The position numbers were made by a program, and so were the translations under genes. This document shows positions 35,898 through 46,878 of a stretch of 64,000 nt of DNA, piece after piece. The stretch covers positions 3 through 64,002 of the forward strand of contig CAZOPH010000003.1 in assembly GCA_964581635.1 (NCBI GenBank), written 5' to 3'. This stretch comes from an uncultured Smithella sp. (GTDB taxonomy: Bacteria; Desulfobacterota; Syntrophia; Syntrophales; Smithellaceae). The stretch's first letter is position 1, and every line of letters begins with the position of its first letter. Below the pieces are notes generated by a model. The model did not search any database. It worked only from the letters and a program-made list of their open reading frames with translations, and was not told where the DNA came from.

Positions 35898-36881
35898 ATG
35901 AATAAAAAAATCCTCTTAGGTATAGGACTTGGCATTGTCCTGATTTATTTCTCTGTCCGGGGAATCGATTTTAATGAGACGCTTACCTACCTGAAAAAAA
36001 TCCACTTGGGCTATGCTGGCTTGTCTTTTTTCTTTATCATTTTAATGCAGGTGCTGCGGTCCTACCGCTGGGGTGTGATCCTGGAGCCAATAGCAAAAAT
36101 CTCTCAATTTACGCTATTTGCTGTAACCAGCGTTGGCTTTCTGGCTATTGCGGCGATTCCGGCCCGTATAGGTGAGCTAGCCAGGCCTTATTTGATCGCG
36201 AAAAGAAGTTCCATTAAAATGTCTTCAGCTCTCGGCACGATCATTGTGGAACGTGTACTGGATAGCCTTGCAGTACTGACCATAACCGTTGTTGTTTTCA
36301 TTCTGCAGGATTTGCCGTCCTGGATGGTTAAATCCGGCATCCTTTTTTTTATCGTGACCATGCTGGTGGTAGCATGTATGATTGGATTGATCTGGCGCAG
36401 AGAAAAAGCGGTGAAAATTATCGACCGGATCCTAAGATGGCTGCCCGGTAAGCTGGCGCAAAAAGTTAATCATGTGATTCACCATTTCATTGATGGTTTT
36501 CAAGTAATCACCGACGTGAACAGGCTTCTCTACTTATTATTGTTATCCGCCGTGGTCTGGCTGGTGGATGTCGCTGCGATTTACACACTGCTTCTGGCCT
36601 TTGGCTTTCACTTGCCGGTGCTGGCAGCCTTTGTTGTCATGGTCATTCTTATTGCAGGTATCGCGATTCCTACTGCGCCGGGCTTTATCGGCAATTGGCA
36701 TTATGCCTGTATTCTGGGATTAAGTCTATTTGGTATCGCCAAACCGGAAGGTTTTTCTTTTGCGCTTGTCTATCACTTTCTGTCCATGATTGTTGTCATC
36801 ATTCTGGGTGCGATCTTTCTGCCCTTCAACAAACTTTCCATTTCCGACATGACCAAACAGATGGCTGATGATCAAGGTTGA
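35898..36881 (+). CDS. UPF0104 / lysylphosphatidylglycerol synthase TM-region-like integral membrane protein
   Basis: About 8 hydrophobic segments. The LRSYRWGVIL and IPARIGELARPYL motifs are typical of the family. Confidence 0.7.
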   Translation: MNKKILLGIGLGIVLIYFSVRGIDFNETLTYLKKIHLGYAGLSFFFIILMQVLRSYRWGVILEPIAKISQFTLFAVTSVGFLAIAAIPARIGELARPYLIAKRSSIKMSSALGTIIVERVLDSLAVLTITVVVFILQDLPSWMVKSGILFFIVTMLVVACMIGLIWRREKAVKIIDRILRWLPGKLAQKVNHVIHHFIDGFQVITDVNRLLYLLLLSAVVWLVDVAAIYTLLLAFGFHLPVLAAFVVMVILIAGIAIPTAPGFIGNWHYACILGLSLFGIAKPEGFSFALVYHFLSMIVVIILGAIFLPFNKLSISDMTKQMADDQG

Positions 36882-36907
36882 ATGATTCATGCTAGATGAT
36901 ATCATTT

Positions 36908-38281
36908 TCAGTCTTTCGTTGCTACTTTCAGACTCTTGAGCTTTTTATGAAGATTGCTCCGCTCCAAACCGATGGCCTCGGCTGTTTTGGAAATATTACC
37001 ATCATACTCTTCAAGTTTTTTGATAATAAACTGCCTTTCGAAAACCAGCTTAGCGTCTTTAAAAGAATCACTAATGGTAGGCGATTCAGGCGTCATAATT
37101 CCTTGCTCCGTTTTTACATTGAGTTCAGGAATATCATCCGCTTTGATTTCATTGGACGGCGTCAGAATAATTAGTCTTTCAATAATATTTTTCAGCTCAC
37201 GGACATTGCCGGGCCAGTTATGCGACATTAATTGCTCCAAAGCGCCGTCTGTCAAAGTCTTCAGTTGCTGCCCCTCTTTCGCGGCAAAGTCGGAGAGAAA
37301 ACGTTCCGCCAGAAAGGGAATGTCTTCTTTTCGGTCTCTGAGCGGCGGCACGTGCAACGGAATGACGTGCAGGCGGTAATAGAGATCCTGCCGGAACCGG
37401 CCCGCTTCCATTTCTTTTTCCAGGTCCTTATTCGTCGCAGCCAGAACACGCACATCCATATCAATGACTTTATTGCCGCCGACTCTTTCGAATTTTTTCT
37501 CCTGGAGAATCCGTAAAATCTTTGCCTGAGCTTTGAGGCTCATATCCGCAACTTCATCAAGGAAAATGGTCCCTTCATGGGCCAGGTCAAATTTACCGCG
37601 CTTTTTTTCTGTCGCGCCGGTGAAGGCGCCTTTTTCATGGCCGAATAATTCGCTCTCAATGAGTTCCTCAGGTATCGCTGCGCAGTTGACTTCCACAATA
37701 GGCTTGTGTGACCGGCGGCTTAAATGATGAATGGAACGCGCCACCAGTTCCTTTCCCGTACCGTTTTCACCCATGATCAGGATCCAAGCATTGGTCGGCG
37801 CAACAATGCCGATCATTTCCTTGAGCTCGTTAATCACTGGACTGGTTCCGGTTAGCTCGTACTGATGCGATACTTTTTGTTTTAATAGAATGTTTTCCTC
37901 TTCCAGACGAACCACATTGAGCGCGTTGTTCACCAGAATAATTACTTTGTCCAGCGACAGAGGTTTTTCAATGAAGTCAAAAGCGCCGAGCTTGGTCGCC
38001 CTCACCGCCGTCTCAATGGTACCGTGACCGGACATCATAATGATCAGCACATTCGGATGAGCGGTATGGATGGCTTTGAGGGTTTCCAGACCATCGATAC
38101 CAGGCAGCCAGATATCCAACAGGACAAGTCGCGGCATTTCCTCAGCCATAATCTTAATCGCCTCTTCGCCGCTGCCCGCTACAAGGACCTGATAACCTTC
38201 ATCCTCCAGAATGGCCTTCAACGACTGACAGATGCTGATTTCATCATCTACAACAAGAATGGTTTCATTCATTAGGTTCAC
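36908..38281 (-). CDS. sigma-54-dependent response regulator (NtrC/NtrX family)
   Basis: Receiver domain (ILVVDDE...LLDIWLPG). AAA+ domain with GENGTGKE and GAFTGA. C-terminal Fis-type HTH. Confidence 0.9.
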   Translation of the reverse strand: MNLMNETILVVDDEISICQSLKAILEDEGYQVLVAGSGEEAIKIMAEEMPRLVLLDIWLPGIDGLETLKAIHTAHPNVLIIMMSGHGTIETAVRATKLGAFDFIEKPLSLDKVIILVNNALNVVRLEEENILLKQKVSHQYELTGTSPVINELKEMIGIVAPTNAWILIMGENGTGKELVARSIHHLSRRSHKPIVEVNCAAIPEELIESELFGHEKGAFTGATEKKRGKFDLAHEGTIFLDEVADMSLKAQAKILRILQEKKFERVGGNKVIDMDVRVLAATNKDLEKEMEAGRFRQDLYYRLHVIPLHVPPLRDRKEDIPFLAERFLSDFAAKEGQQLKTLTDGALEQLMSHNWPGNVRELKNIIERLIILTPSNEIKADDIPELNVKTEQGIMTPESPTISDSFKDAKLVFERQFIIKKLEEYDGNISKTAEAIGLERSNLHKKLKSLKVATKD

Positions 38282-38304
38282 TCAACTTTATTGTTATTTA
38301 TAAA

Positions 38305-40530
38305 TTAAACTTCTAAAACCGGCAACTGAAAAGATACAATTGTTCCTGTCGGGTAGTTGTCGTTGACACTGACCTGACCTTTATGATCCGATATAATCGA
38401 GCTGACAATAGCCAGGCCGAGCCCCGTTCCTGATTTTTTGGTTGAGAAATACGGATCAAATACTTTCCGCTTATAACTCGCCGGGACACCGGCGCCGTCG
38501 TCGGCAACGGCAACGGTCACCTTCTTGTTCGGCTCATCATACCGAATAATGACCCCAATATGTCCCGTTTTCTTGTTGATGGAAGCAACGGCATTATCCA
38601 GTAGATTAATCATCACCCTGTTGATCTGTTCAGCATCCAGATTGAATCTTGGCAATCCTTCCGCAGGACGGTATTCAAAATTAATATCCTTGTGGGCATC
38701 CACGAAAAGCGTCACAGCTTCGGACACAACCGCATTGAGATCATTGGGAACAAGAGTTGTCACAGGCATGCGTGCGTAACGGGAAAATTCATTGACCAGA
38801 TTCTTAAGCACTTCCACTTGATCGATGATGGTCTGCGTGCATTCCTTAAAAACCGAGCCTTCCTCTCCCAATTTGTCACCATATTTACGCTGAAGTCTCT
38901 GCGCAGAAAGTTGCACGGGTGTAAGTGGATTTTTAATTTCGTGCGCCATACGTCTGGCCACTTCCCGCCAGGCCGCGGCGCGTTCCGCCTTCTGCAATTC
39001 GGTCAAATCTTCAAACACGACAACAATTCCGGAATCGTTGCCCTCTTCATCCTCAATGGTTGTCAACGTCAGAAGTACTGTTAAAACTTTATCGCGCAGC
39101 ATTAACTCCAACTGTTTTTGCAGTATCCGTTCATTACTTTCCTTCATTTCCAGTAAAAAAGCATCCAACAGAACAAGATGTTCATCATGTAAAAGATCGC
39201 GATAATCCCGTGAAAGAAATTGAGAGGCGTCAATCTCGAACATCGTTTCCGCGGCGCGGTTAATTGTGGTTATCATGTGATCTTTATCGACTGAAATAAC
39301 CCCTGCGGAAACGTTGCGCAAAACGGCGGCCATATACTTACGCCGCTCTTCAAGAGAGATATTGGCCTCTTCCAGGCCCATTTTGCTTTTCTGCAAATCA
39401 TCCGTCATCGCGTTGAATGATTTGACCAGCAGCCCGATTTCATCATCAGCCTCGATATCAATCCGACTTTTCAGATCGCCTTGGGTGATTCTATTGGTCG
39501 CTGAAACGAGATCCTGAATGGGATTCGTGATACTCTTGGCAAGCGACAGACCAAACCATGTCGCCAGAAAGATGATCGACAGGGTTACGATCGACAGGAT
39601 TACAACATAATTAAATTTAATTGGATTTTTCAAAAGCTTAATCTGTCCGTACTGCTCAGAGGCGTTGGCAATACTCCGCAGTTTATCAACAAAGCCCTGC
39701 GGAACGCTGTAACTAACGGAAACACGACCGATGACTTCCGTGGGAACGGCGTAAGAAAAAACCGGCGCAACACCGACGATCGCCTCCCCGGCACTGGTGG
39801 GGGCTACTGTTGATATTTCCTTGCCGGAATAAATATCTTCCAGCATTTTTGGCGACAGATTGACAGGCGTCCGTAAGGAATTTTCAGCATCGGCAAAAGT
39901 GATACTTTCTCCTTTAAAATCAAAATAGGCCTCCACCCTTCCAACTTTGTAATTCTTCTGGCGCTGAGAGAGCAAACTGTTAAGGTAGTCCGTTCTATCA
40001 GCGTCATAGAGACGGTTCTTGGTGATATCCTCACTGATTTGTCGGGCGTTAAACTTGGCCAATTCCTCCGCTTGTGTGTAATACACTTGGGCAACTTCCA
40101 GCGACCTGTTCAAGGCGTCGCCGATTTTAAGGTTGAACCAAAACTCAATGGAGTATGAAAGAAAATTAAGGGCAAATAAAAAAAGTAAAATGGTCGGGAC
40201 CAGGGACAAACCGACAAAAGCCGCAACCAATTTGGTGCGCAACTTGGAACCAATGACGCCCTTGCGACGCTCGGAAAATAATTTAAAAATATTGCGGACA
40301 ATAAGAAAAAATAGAACCAGGATCAGTATAATATTGATACTGGTCAGGCCATAAACTAGAATGTTGGCTGATATCGGCAGTTCTTTTCGGGACGAAATTT
40401 GACTGGCCAGAATTGTAAAAACAATCGCTAGACAGCCGACAACCAGTATGAGAATGCCTTCACGCCGGCGCTTTTTTAATTCGCTTTCGTTAAGGGAGGC
40501 TCTTCTGGATTTTTTTTTAATTTTCATCAC
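38305..40530 (-). CDS. NtrY-like sensor histidine kinase (multi-TM, HAMP, PAS, HisKA, HATPase)
   Basis: HAMP (ITNPIQDLVSATNRITQGDL). H-box HEIKNPLTPVQLSAQRL, characteristic of NtrY. N- and G-boxes (DNAVASI, DDGAGVP, GTGLGLAIV). Confidence 0.85.
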   Translation of the reverse strand: MMKIKKKSRRASLNESELKKRRREGILILVVGCLAIVFTILASQISSRKELPISANILVYGLTSINIILILVLFFLIVRNIFKLFSERRKGVIGSKLRTKLVAAFVGLSLVPTILLFLFALNFLSYSIEFWFNLKIGDALNRSLEVAQVYYTQAEELAKFNARQISEDITKNRLYDADRTDYLNSLLSQRQKNYKVGRVEAYFDFKGESITFADAENSLRTPVNLSPKMLEDIYSGKEISTVAPTSAGEAIVGVAPVFSYAVPTEVIGRVSVSYSVPQGFVDKLRSIANASEQYGQIKLLKNPIKFNYVVILSIVTLSIIFLATWFGLSLAKSITNPIQDLVSATNRITQGDLKSRIDIEADDEIGLLVKSFNAMTDDLQKSKMGLEEANISLEERRKYMAAVLRNVSAGVISVDKDHMITTINRAAETMFEIDASQFLSRDYRDLLHDEHLVLLDAFLLEMKESNERILQKQLELMLRDKVLTVLLTLTTIEDEEGNDSGIVVVFEDLTELQKAERAAAWREVARRMAHEIKNPLTPVQLSAQRLQRKYGDKLGEEGSVFKECTQTIIDQVEVLKNLVNEFSRYARMPVTTLVPNDLNAVVSEAVTLFVDAHKDINFEYRPAEGLPRFNLDAEQINRVMINLLDNAVASINKKTGHIGVIIRYDEPNKKVTVAVADDGAGVPASYKRKVFDPYFSTKKSGTGLGLAIVSSIISDHKGQVSVNDNYPTGTIVSFQLPVLEV

Positions 40531-40570
40531 TGGATTGGATCAACTTTCCCGCAGAAATAGAGATTGCTGA

Positions 40571-41164
40571 TTAATAGGAAAACCTTATTTTATACAACGG
40601 TGTTTCAAAATCCCACAAGGAAACAAAGAATAATACATATTCCATATTAAAAGGCAGTCGTACTCTGTCAATTTTAACCCTGATCTCTGTGTAATAATTA
40701 TTGCCTTTGGACAAATGCGCAATAGGAATGACAAAAATTCCATTCAAATCCGCCATGGCTTTTTGAGCGCTTGCAAAATCGGGGAAAATTACAGGCTGAT
40801 TGACGCCGCTCGTGGTAATTGAAAATATTTTTTTCAAGTTGTCGTATTTGATAACGCGGCGAACTTCTTTACTGATAATATGTTTATTCCATCCATAGGA
40901 CCTTTCCTGATAGACATCCAACTGAAGCGTAAAAACGGCGGGAACGCCGGCTAAAATTGCAGTCTCCATTTCCGGCTTAAAACAATCCACCAGCCTGGCG
41001 TATAAAAGCACGTTTTCCGTATTGCTGGTTATCAAGGTATCAACCATTCGCGGCATGATACTCGTCCTCGCCGCAACCGGCAAGGCTAACGCTGTAAGTA
41101 TCATTAATGTACAGACACACAGTACCCTCACTGTAAAACTGATATTATTTTTCATATAAACCAT
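40571..41164 (-). CDS. DUF4390-like exported protein (first gene of the ntrY/ntrX-like operon)
   Basis: Signal-like N-terminus. Its size and its position directly upstream of the NtrY-like kinase match DUF4390 proteins as I remember them. Confidence 0.55.
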   Translation of the reverse strand: MVYMKNNISFTVRVLCVCTLMILTALALPVAARTSIMPRMVDTLITSNTENVLLYARLVDCFKPEMETAILAGVPAVFTLQLDVYQERSYGWNKHIISKEVRRVIKYDNLKKIFSITTSGVNQPVIFPDFASAQKAMADLNGIFVIPIAHLSKGNNYYTEIRVKIDRVRLPFNMEYVLFFVSLWDFETPLYKIRFSY

Positions 41165-41398
41165 TATCTTCCTATGAGAACAAGTTTATTTCATTTCTGG
41201 CAAAGTTCAATCGACATTGTTAGCAAACGCATAACTTTTATCTTGATTTCCGGCCAAAGCTATCGGCCGCAGCAAAATAACCACGAAAGCCATTTTGTGA
41301 CGTTGCTAAATTTTTAATGAAATATACTAGGTAACCTGGGGGTAAAAATCAAGGTGATTTTAAGGGCACATAAAGACATGGGTGATTTTGTAAAAACA

Positions 41399-42328
41399 TC
41401 AAATCGGCACGGCATCCAGAATAGTAAAGGATGGGATCTTGCACGATGTGAGTTTCGGTGATTTTTGTTGGTCACATTCAGTGAGAATCTCCCAACTGCT
41501 CTCATGGCGCATGAGTTCCCGTAATAGAAGATTGTTCAGCCGATGGCCAGATTTGTAAGCCACAAAATGTCCGATAATCGGCATCCCCAGCAAAAACAGA
41601 TCACCAATGGCATCTAGAATTTTATGTTTGACGAATTCATCAGGCATACGAAGGCCACCTTTGTTGATAATCTTTTCATCATCGAGAATAATCGCATTAT
41701 CCAGTGATCCCCCCAACCCCAGTCCCTTGGCCTGAAGAAATTCAACTTCTTTTAAAAAACCGAATGTTCGGGCACTGCAAATTTTATCCTCATAGTTTTT
41801 ATCGGAAAATATGACGCTGTAGGATTGTTTGCCGATGGCCCGGTGAGCAAAATCAATATCATAAGTTATTTTGAGTTCTTCAGAAGGCAGGAACATGGCA
41901 CGACCTTCTCCTTCTTTCACAGAAACAGGTTTTTTTATGACCAGCATCTTTTTGAATTTACCTTGCGTGCACGTTCCCGCTTCCTTAAGCATATTGACAA
42001 ACGGGCGGGCCGATCCGTCCAAGATCGGTACTTCAAAAGAATCGAGTTCAATGACGGCATTATCGAGCCCCATTCCACTGAAAGCTGATAAAATATGTTC
42101 TACAGTGGAGACTGTGACACCATTGGATCCCAGAGATGTGGCCAAGGTTGTATCACAAACCATCTTGAAGTCTGCCGGAATGGGTCTGGCATTCGGTAGA
42201 TCCTTCCGAACAAAAATGATGCCGGTATCAACAGAGGCCGGTTTAATCGCCATGTTGACTTTACGGCCAGTGTGTAAACCGATACTAGAGCAAAAAATTT
42301 CTTTTTTCAGAGTACGTTGCAGATGCAT
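41399..42328 (-). CDS. lpxC: UDP-3-O-acyl-N-acetylglucosamine deacetylase
   Basis: MHLQRTLKKEI...GLHTGRKV N-terminus, STVEHILSA, and the HFVAYKSGHRLNN motif. Confidence 0.9.
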   Translation of the reverse strand: MHLQRTLKKEIFCSSIGLHTGRKVNMAIKPASVDTGIIFVRKDLPNARPIPADFKMVCDTTLATSLGSNGVTVSTVEHILSAFSGMGLDNAVIELDSFEVPILDGSARPFVNMLKEAGTCTQGKFKKMLVIKKPVSVKEGEGRAMFLPSEELKITYDIDFAHRAIGKQSYSVIFSDKNYEDKICSARTFGFLKEVEFLQAKGLGLGGSLDNAIILDDEKIINKGGLRMPDEFVKHKILDAIGDLFLLGMPIIGHFVAYKSGHRLNNLLLRELMRHESSWEILTECDQQKSPKLTSCKIPSFTILDAVPI

Positions 42329-42527
42329 ATTTAACCTTAATTTTAATAGAATTTAAACTTCAGCAATAATTATGCCAAATGCCAGAATTGTGAATAAATT
42401 GAGAAACAATTTGTATTTACTGGTATTTTACAGATCCTGCGACAGACTGGTTTCCAGATGTCAATCTCTCTTGTGTTCGAAACAACACACTTGGTAAAAT
42501 GGGGAACACGCACCGGAAGGTGAAGAG

Positions 42528-43055
42528 TTACTTATAGAATCTTTCCTTTTCGCTATAAATACAACCGCAATAAGGCTGGCGATACATTCCCAAATCCTTG
42601 GAAAGCTTAACACCTTCATTCCAGCCACTGCGGAAATCCTGATAATGGAAATGAATTCCAAGTTGTTGGCTCAGAGTTTCGCCAATCTGATGGATTAAAT
42701 CATGCTTCTGATAGCGGCTATAAAGTAATGTAGTGGTGAAGGCATCATAATTTTCTTTTTTAGCTTGCTGGGCCGTAAATCTTAATCGATCACTCAGGCA
42801 ATAAGCGCAGCGGTCTTCGGATCGAGACGCTACCTGCTTCAAGAATTCTTCCAGAAGATAACCTTCAGGCCAGATGATATTTAAAAGGATTTTTTCAGCA
42901 TAGTCTTGAAGGCTTTGTTTGCGGCGCGAATACTCCAGATAAGGATGGATATTGGGATTGTAAAATAAACCGGTCACATCATGGCCGTGCGTTCTCAATG
43001 CTTTGAGAGGATAGATCGTGCAAGGTCCGCAGCAAATATGCATGAGCAGCTTCAT
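42528..43055 (-). CDS. queH: epoxyqueuosine reductase QueH (DUF208)
   Basis: MKLLMHICCGPC N-terminus and the C-terminal YRQPYCGCIYS motif. Confidence 0.85.
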   Translation of the reverse strand: MKLLMHICCGPCTIYPLKALRTHGHDVTGLFYNPNIHPYLEYSRRKQSLQDYAEKILLNIIWPEGYLLEEFLKQVASRSEDRCAYCLSDRLRFTAQQAKKENYDAFTTTLLYSRYQKHDLIHQIGETLSQQLGIHFHYQDFRSGWNEGVKLSKDLGMYRQPYCGCIYSEKERFYK

Positions 43056-43075
43056 GAAATAAATTAACTCCGGGA

Positions 43076-44104
43076 TTAAAACATTTCCTTTTGAGCGCCC
43101 GACGCTTTCAAACCGAAATGTTTATAGGCTTTGGAACAGGCCATCCGGCCCCGCGCCGTTCTTTGCAGATAGCCTTCTTGAATCAGATAGGGCTCATAAA
43201 CATCCTCGATCGTCACCTTCTCTTCACCGATAGCCGCCGCCAAACTTTCCACACCGACCGGTCCCCCGTTGAATTTTTCAATCAACGCCAGAAGCAGTTT
43301 ACGATCCATCTGATCAAAACCCTTTTGGTCCACTTCAAAAGCATCGAGCGCTTCGCGGGCGATTTTTCCGTCAACGGTTCCATCGCTTTTCACTTCCGCG
43401 TAATCGCGGACCCGCTTGAGTAGTCGGTTGGCGATGCGGGGCGTACCACGCGCCCGCTTGGCCAGCTCTTCCGCGCCTGTGCCGGTAAGCTGGATGTTCA
43501 GAATTTTGGCAGATCTCTGAATAATCACGGAAAGCTCTGGTGGTGAATAGAATTCAAGTCGAAAATGCATACCAAAACGATCGCGTAGCGGGGATGTCAG
43601 AGACCCCGCGCGTGTGGTCGCACCTACCAGTGTGAATTTAGGAATGTCGAGTTTCATCGACCGGGCCGACGGCCCTTGTCCGATTAAGATATCGATGTGA
43701 AAATCTTCCATGGCCGGATACAAAATTTCTTCCACAACATGAGAGAGCCTGTGAATTTCATCAATAAATAAAACCTCGTGTTCGTGCATGTTTGTCAAAA
43801 TCGCTGCCAGATCTCCCGGGCGTTCGATCACCGGACCCGAGGTCACCTTAATATCCACGCCCAATTCTCTGGCGATAATATACGCTAGCGTGGTTTTACC
43901 CAAACCAGGAGGACCGTATAAAAGCACATGATCGAGCGACTCCCGCCGTTTCTTGGCCGCTTCAATAAAGATCGACAGATTGCTTTTAACCTTGTCCTGG
44001 CCGATATAATCAGCAAGCTTCGGCGGACGCAAAGAATTTTCTAAACTGCCTTCGTCCTTGGCACAAATTGGATCAATTAAGGGATTTTTTATATGGCCAT
44101 CCAT
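43076..44104 (-). CDS. ruvB: Holliday junction branch migration DNA helicase RuvB
   Basis: Walker [16 protein letters not shown], and the [15 protein letters not shown] sensor region. Confidence 0.95.
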   Translation of the reverse strand: MDGHIKNPLIDPICAKDEGSLENSLRPPKLADYIGQDKVKSNLSIFIEAAKKRRESLDHVLLYGPPGLGKTTLAYIIARELGVDIKVTSGPVIERPGDLAAILTNMHEHEVLFIDEIHRLSHVVEEILYPAMEDFHIDILIGQGPSARSMKLDIPKFTLVGATTRAGSLTSPLRDRFGMHFRLEFYSPPELSVIIQRSAKILNIQLTGTGAEELAKRARGTPRIANRLLKRVRDYAEVKSDGTVDGKIAREALDAFEVDQKGFDQMDRKLLLALIEKFNGGPVGVESLAAAIGEEKVTIEDVYEPYLIQEGYLQRTARGRMACSKAYKHFGLKASGAQKEMF

Positions 44105-44127
44105 TGTCGTTACCTGAGCTTACTCGT

Positions 44128-44736
44128 TCAACCACCAAGAATCTTTAAAGCCTTTTTTAAGAGTTGATCCATGGCCAACTCCCCTTCTGCATCGCGGGCA
44201 ATCTTGTCCAGCGCGTCTCTTGCAGCATTGGCTTTATACCCTAAATTGATCAACGCAGAAAGCACATCTTCCCGCATCATATCACTTCGCTTTTGCCGGG
44301 CATCTGTAACCGGAATCTGATCCACCGCCATTTTCTTAATGGCTTTTTCCCGCAGCTCCAAAATTAAGCGCTCCGCCATTTTCCTGCCGATCCCGGGAAT
44401 GGTTATCAATTTAGCCAGATTGCCCCCGGAGATCGCCTCCAGCAGTTCGGATGATGTAATCCCCGAAAGAATATTCATCGCCACTTTTGGGCCGATGCCG
44501 CTAACGGAAATCATCAGTTGAAAAAGTTCCCGCTCCTGCAGGGTGTAAAAACCGAATAAATTAATCGCATCCTCTTTGACGGATGTATGGATATGCAAGG
44601 TTACCGCCTGCCCCGCTTCCGGAAGTTCATAAAAAGTCGTAAGCGGTATAAAAACGCGATAACCGACACCTTGCGTATCCACAACAATATGAGATATTCC
44701 CTTATAAGCAATTTTACCGGATAGCAGGGCGATCAT
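44128..44736 (-). CDS. ruvA: Holliday junction branch migration complex subunit RuvA
   Basis: MIALLSGKI start and HhH motifs (VSGIGPKVA, IPGIGRKMAERL). Confidence 0.9.
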   Translation of the reverse strand: MIALLSGKIAYKGISHIVVDTQGVGYRVFIPLTTFYELPEAGQAVTLHIHTSVKEDAINLFGFYTLQERELFQLMISVSGIGPKVAMNILSGITSSELLEAISGGNLAKLITIPGIGRKMAERLILELREKAIKKMAVDQIPVTDARQKRSDMMREDVLSALINLGYKANAARDALDKIARDAEGELAMDQLLKKALKILGG

Positions 44737-44737
44737 C

Positions 44738-45217
44738 TCAGAGAGGCTGCTCCTTTAAAAAATTGGCCTGACAGATGGCTGCGGCCAGTGCATCCGCCGC
44801 GTCCGCAGGCGGTAGATCATTGAGCTTCAGGATGGCCTTCACCATCATCTGTACCTGGCGTTTTTCCGCCCGGCCGTAACCGACCACCGCCTTTTTAACT
44901 TCCAGTGGCGAATATTCAAAAACGGGGACGCCTTTGTCGGCACAGGCATAAATTACCACGCCCCGGACCTGGGCCTGCCGGATCAGACTGCGGACATTTT
45001 TTCCATAGAAAATATTTTCCAGGCCGACCGACTGTGGATTCGTTTCAACAATAACGGCACTAAGCTTGCTGAAAATATCCATTAAAACTTCAGAGAGAAG
45101 AGAACCTTTATGAGGCTTGATTTCACCATGAAGGACGTGACGCAGATAATTGCCGCTTTTATCAATCACGCCATACCCTGTCACGACGCTTCCGGGATCG
45201 ATACCTAAGATTCGCAA
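44738..45217 (-). CDS. ruvC: crossover junction endodeoxyribonuclease RuvC
   Basis: MRILGIDPGS start. 159 aa. It lies directly upstream of ruvA. Confidence 0.9.
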   Translation of the reverse strand: MRILGIDPGSVVTGYGVIDKSGNYLRHVLHGEIKPHKGSLLSEVLMDIFSKLSAVIVETNPQSVGLENIFYGKNVRSLIRQAQVRGVVIYACADKGVPVFEYSPLEVKKAVVGYGRAEKRQVQMMVKAILKLNDLPPADAADALAAAICQANFLKEQPL

Positions 45218-45251
45218 AATATCAGCTTTCGTTAAAAATCAGTGTTGGTCA

Positions 45252-46001
45252 CTAACTTAACTTCTCCATGACATCTTCATCAATGTCGAAATTAGAGTAA
45301 ACATTCTGCACGTCATCGTTGTCTTCCAGCTTCTCCATGAGTTTCAACATGGACTCCGCCTTCCCCGCTTCGAGTTTCACGGTATTGGAAGGAATCTTGC
45401 TGATCGATGCTTCCAGGTGTTTGATGCCTTTAGCGTCAATGGCCTTTCTCACGGCTTCAAAAGCCGCCGGTTCTGTAATCACTTCAAATTCACTTCCTTC
45501 CGCCCTCACATCTTCCGCTCCGGCCTCCAGGGCCAGCTCCATCAGTTCGTCTTCACCAATAAGCTTTTTATCGATTACGATGCTTCCTTTTTTCGAGAAT
45601 ATCCAAGACACACATCCATTTTCACCTAGATTACCCCCATGCTTTGAAAATATGTGACGAATTTCAGCCACAGTCCGATTTTTATTATCCGTCATGACAT
45701 CAACGATCACTGCCGCACCGCCTGGTCCGTAACCTTCATAGGTGATTTCTTCATAAGCCGACGCACCATCGCCGCCACCGGTGCCCTTTTTGATTGCCCG
45801 GTCAATATTATCCTTAGGCATATTCTCTTCCTTGGCCGCCATTATCGCTTGCCTCAAACGGGAATTGCCTTCAACATCGCCACCGCCCAGACGTGCCGCT
45901 AGAGTGATTTCTTTGATAATTTTGGTAAATATTTTACCGCGTTTGGCGTCAATCGCCCCCTTTTTCCGTTTGATGGTGCTCCATTTAGAATGGCCGGACA
46001 T
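45252..46001 (-). CDS. YebC/PmpR family DNA-binding transcriptional regulator
   Basis: [15 protein letters not shown]-terminus, diagnostic of the YebC family. 249 aa. Confidence 0.9.
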   Translation of the reverse strand: MSGHSKWSTIKRKKGAIDAKRGKIFTKIIKEITLAARLGGGDVEGNSRLRQAIMAAKEENMPKDNIDRAIKKGTGGGDGASAYEEITYEGYGPGGAAVIVDVMTDNKNRTVAEIRHIFSKHGGNLGENGCVSWIFSKKGSIVIDKKLIGEDELMELALEAGAEDVRAEGSEFEVITEPAAFEAVRKAIDAKGIKHLEASISKIPSNTVKLEAGKAESMLKLMEKLEDNDDVQNVYSNFDIDEDVMEKLS

Positions 46002-46171
46002 GTTGTTTTTCTCCTGAAAAAAGATAATCTTTCACATTTTTTTGCCTCATAGCATAAGGCGATAAGCTTGTAAAGTTAATTAGATTTTTACCAGAAAGTT
46101 TAATTGATGAAATCACACCCAGAAGAATTATGATTTAGAATTAATGACAGGCCACAAATAACGCTCCGCTT

Positions 46172-46759
46172 TTAGCCTGTTGAACGTTTCGCAAAAAACG
46201 AGGCAAGGCTCAAAGGGATGTCCGGACGATCCAGTAATCTGAAACCGGCCTTTTGCACCATACTTACCGCTGCGTCAAATTGTGCTTTGGAAACATGTAG
46301 TTTGGGTTCCGCCAGAAGAAATTTGCCGTTATCTTTCAAGGCATGATGCAATTGCGTGAAGAATCTTCCCTGATCAGGCACTTCATGCGCCATCCAGAAT
46401 GCCAAAATAAAATCGGCCGGTACAGCAACATTTAGAGAGACCGGAGAGGCTAACTGCGTGGTAATCCGTTTTGCAACACCGGCGCTAAAAGCCCTCTTAG
46501 CAATGGCGGCAAGCATTTTGTCCTGAATGTCCACCGCGATGACCCGTCCGCCATCTCCCACCAGGCGGGCCATAGGAATCGTAAAAAAACCGATGCCTGC
46601 ACCAACATCTAAAACGGTGTCCCCCTTTCGGACATAGGGTTTGATGATCTGATCGGGATTTTGTAATCGCCTGCGAATCCAGTTGTCGAAGGTAAAGCAC
46701 AACCAGCGAGGGCAAACATGGTGCTTTCTTACAAAAAGGAGGTCGCCTACTTTGCTCAT
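46172..46759 (-). CDS. class I SAM-dependent methyltransferase
   Basis: Motif I VLDVGAGIGFFT. I prefer the ATG at 46759 (MSKVGDLLF...). The ORF-track start at 46846 is an upstream extension. Confidence 0.7.
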   Translation of the reverse strand: MSKVGDLLFVRKHHVCPRWLCFTFDNWIRRRLQNPDQIIKPYVRKGDTVLDVGAGIGFFTIPMARLVGDGGRVIAVDIQDKMLAAIAKRAFSAGVAKRITTQLASPVSLNVAVPADFILAFWMAHEVPDQGRFFTQLHHALKDNGKFLLAEPKLHVSKAQFDAAVSMVQKAGFRLLDRPDIPLSLASFFAKRSTG

Positions 46760-46878
46760 CCTATTTTCCTTTGATGCTGTGAGCGGCAAGCTATCAACTC
46801 TTAACCTATCTTGCTCACAATTTTTCTCTTTGCCGGCGCAAATCATGTTGAAAGGTTAAGGCCGGCCACTCCTAATCA

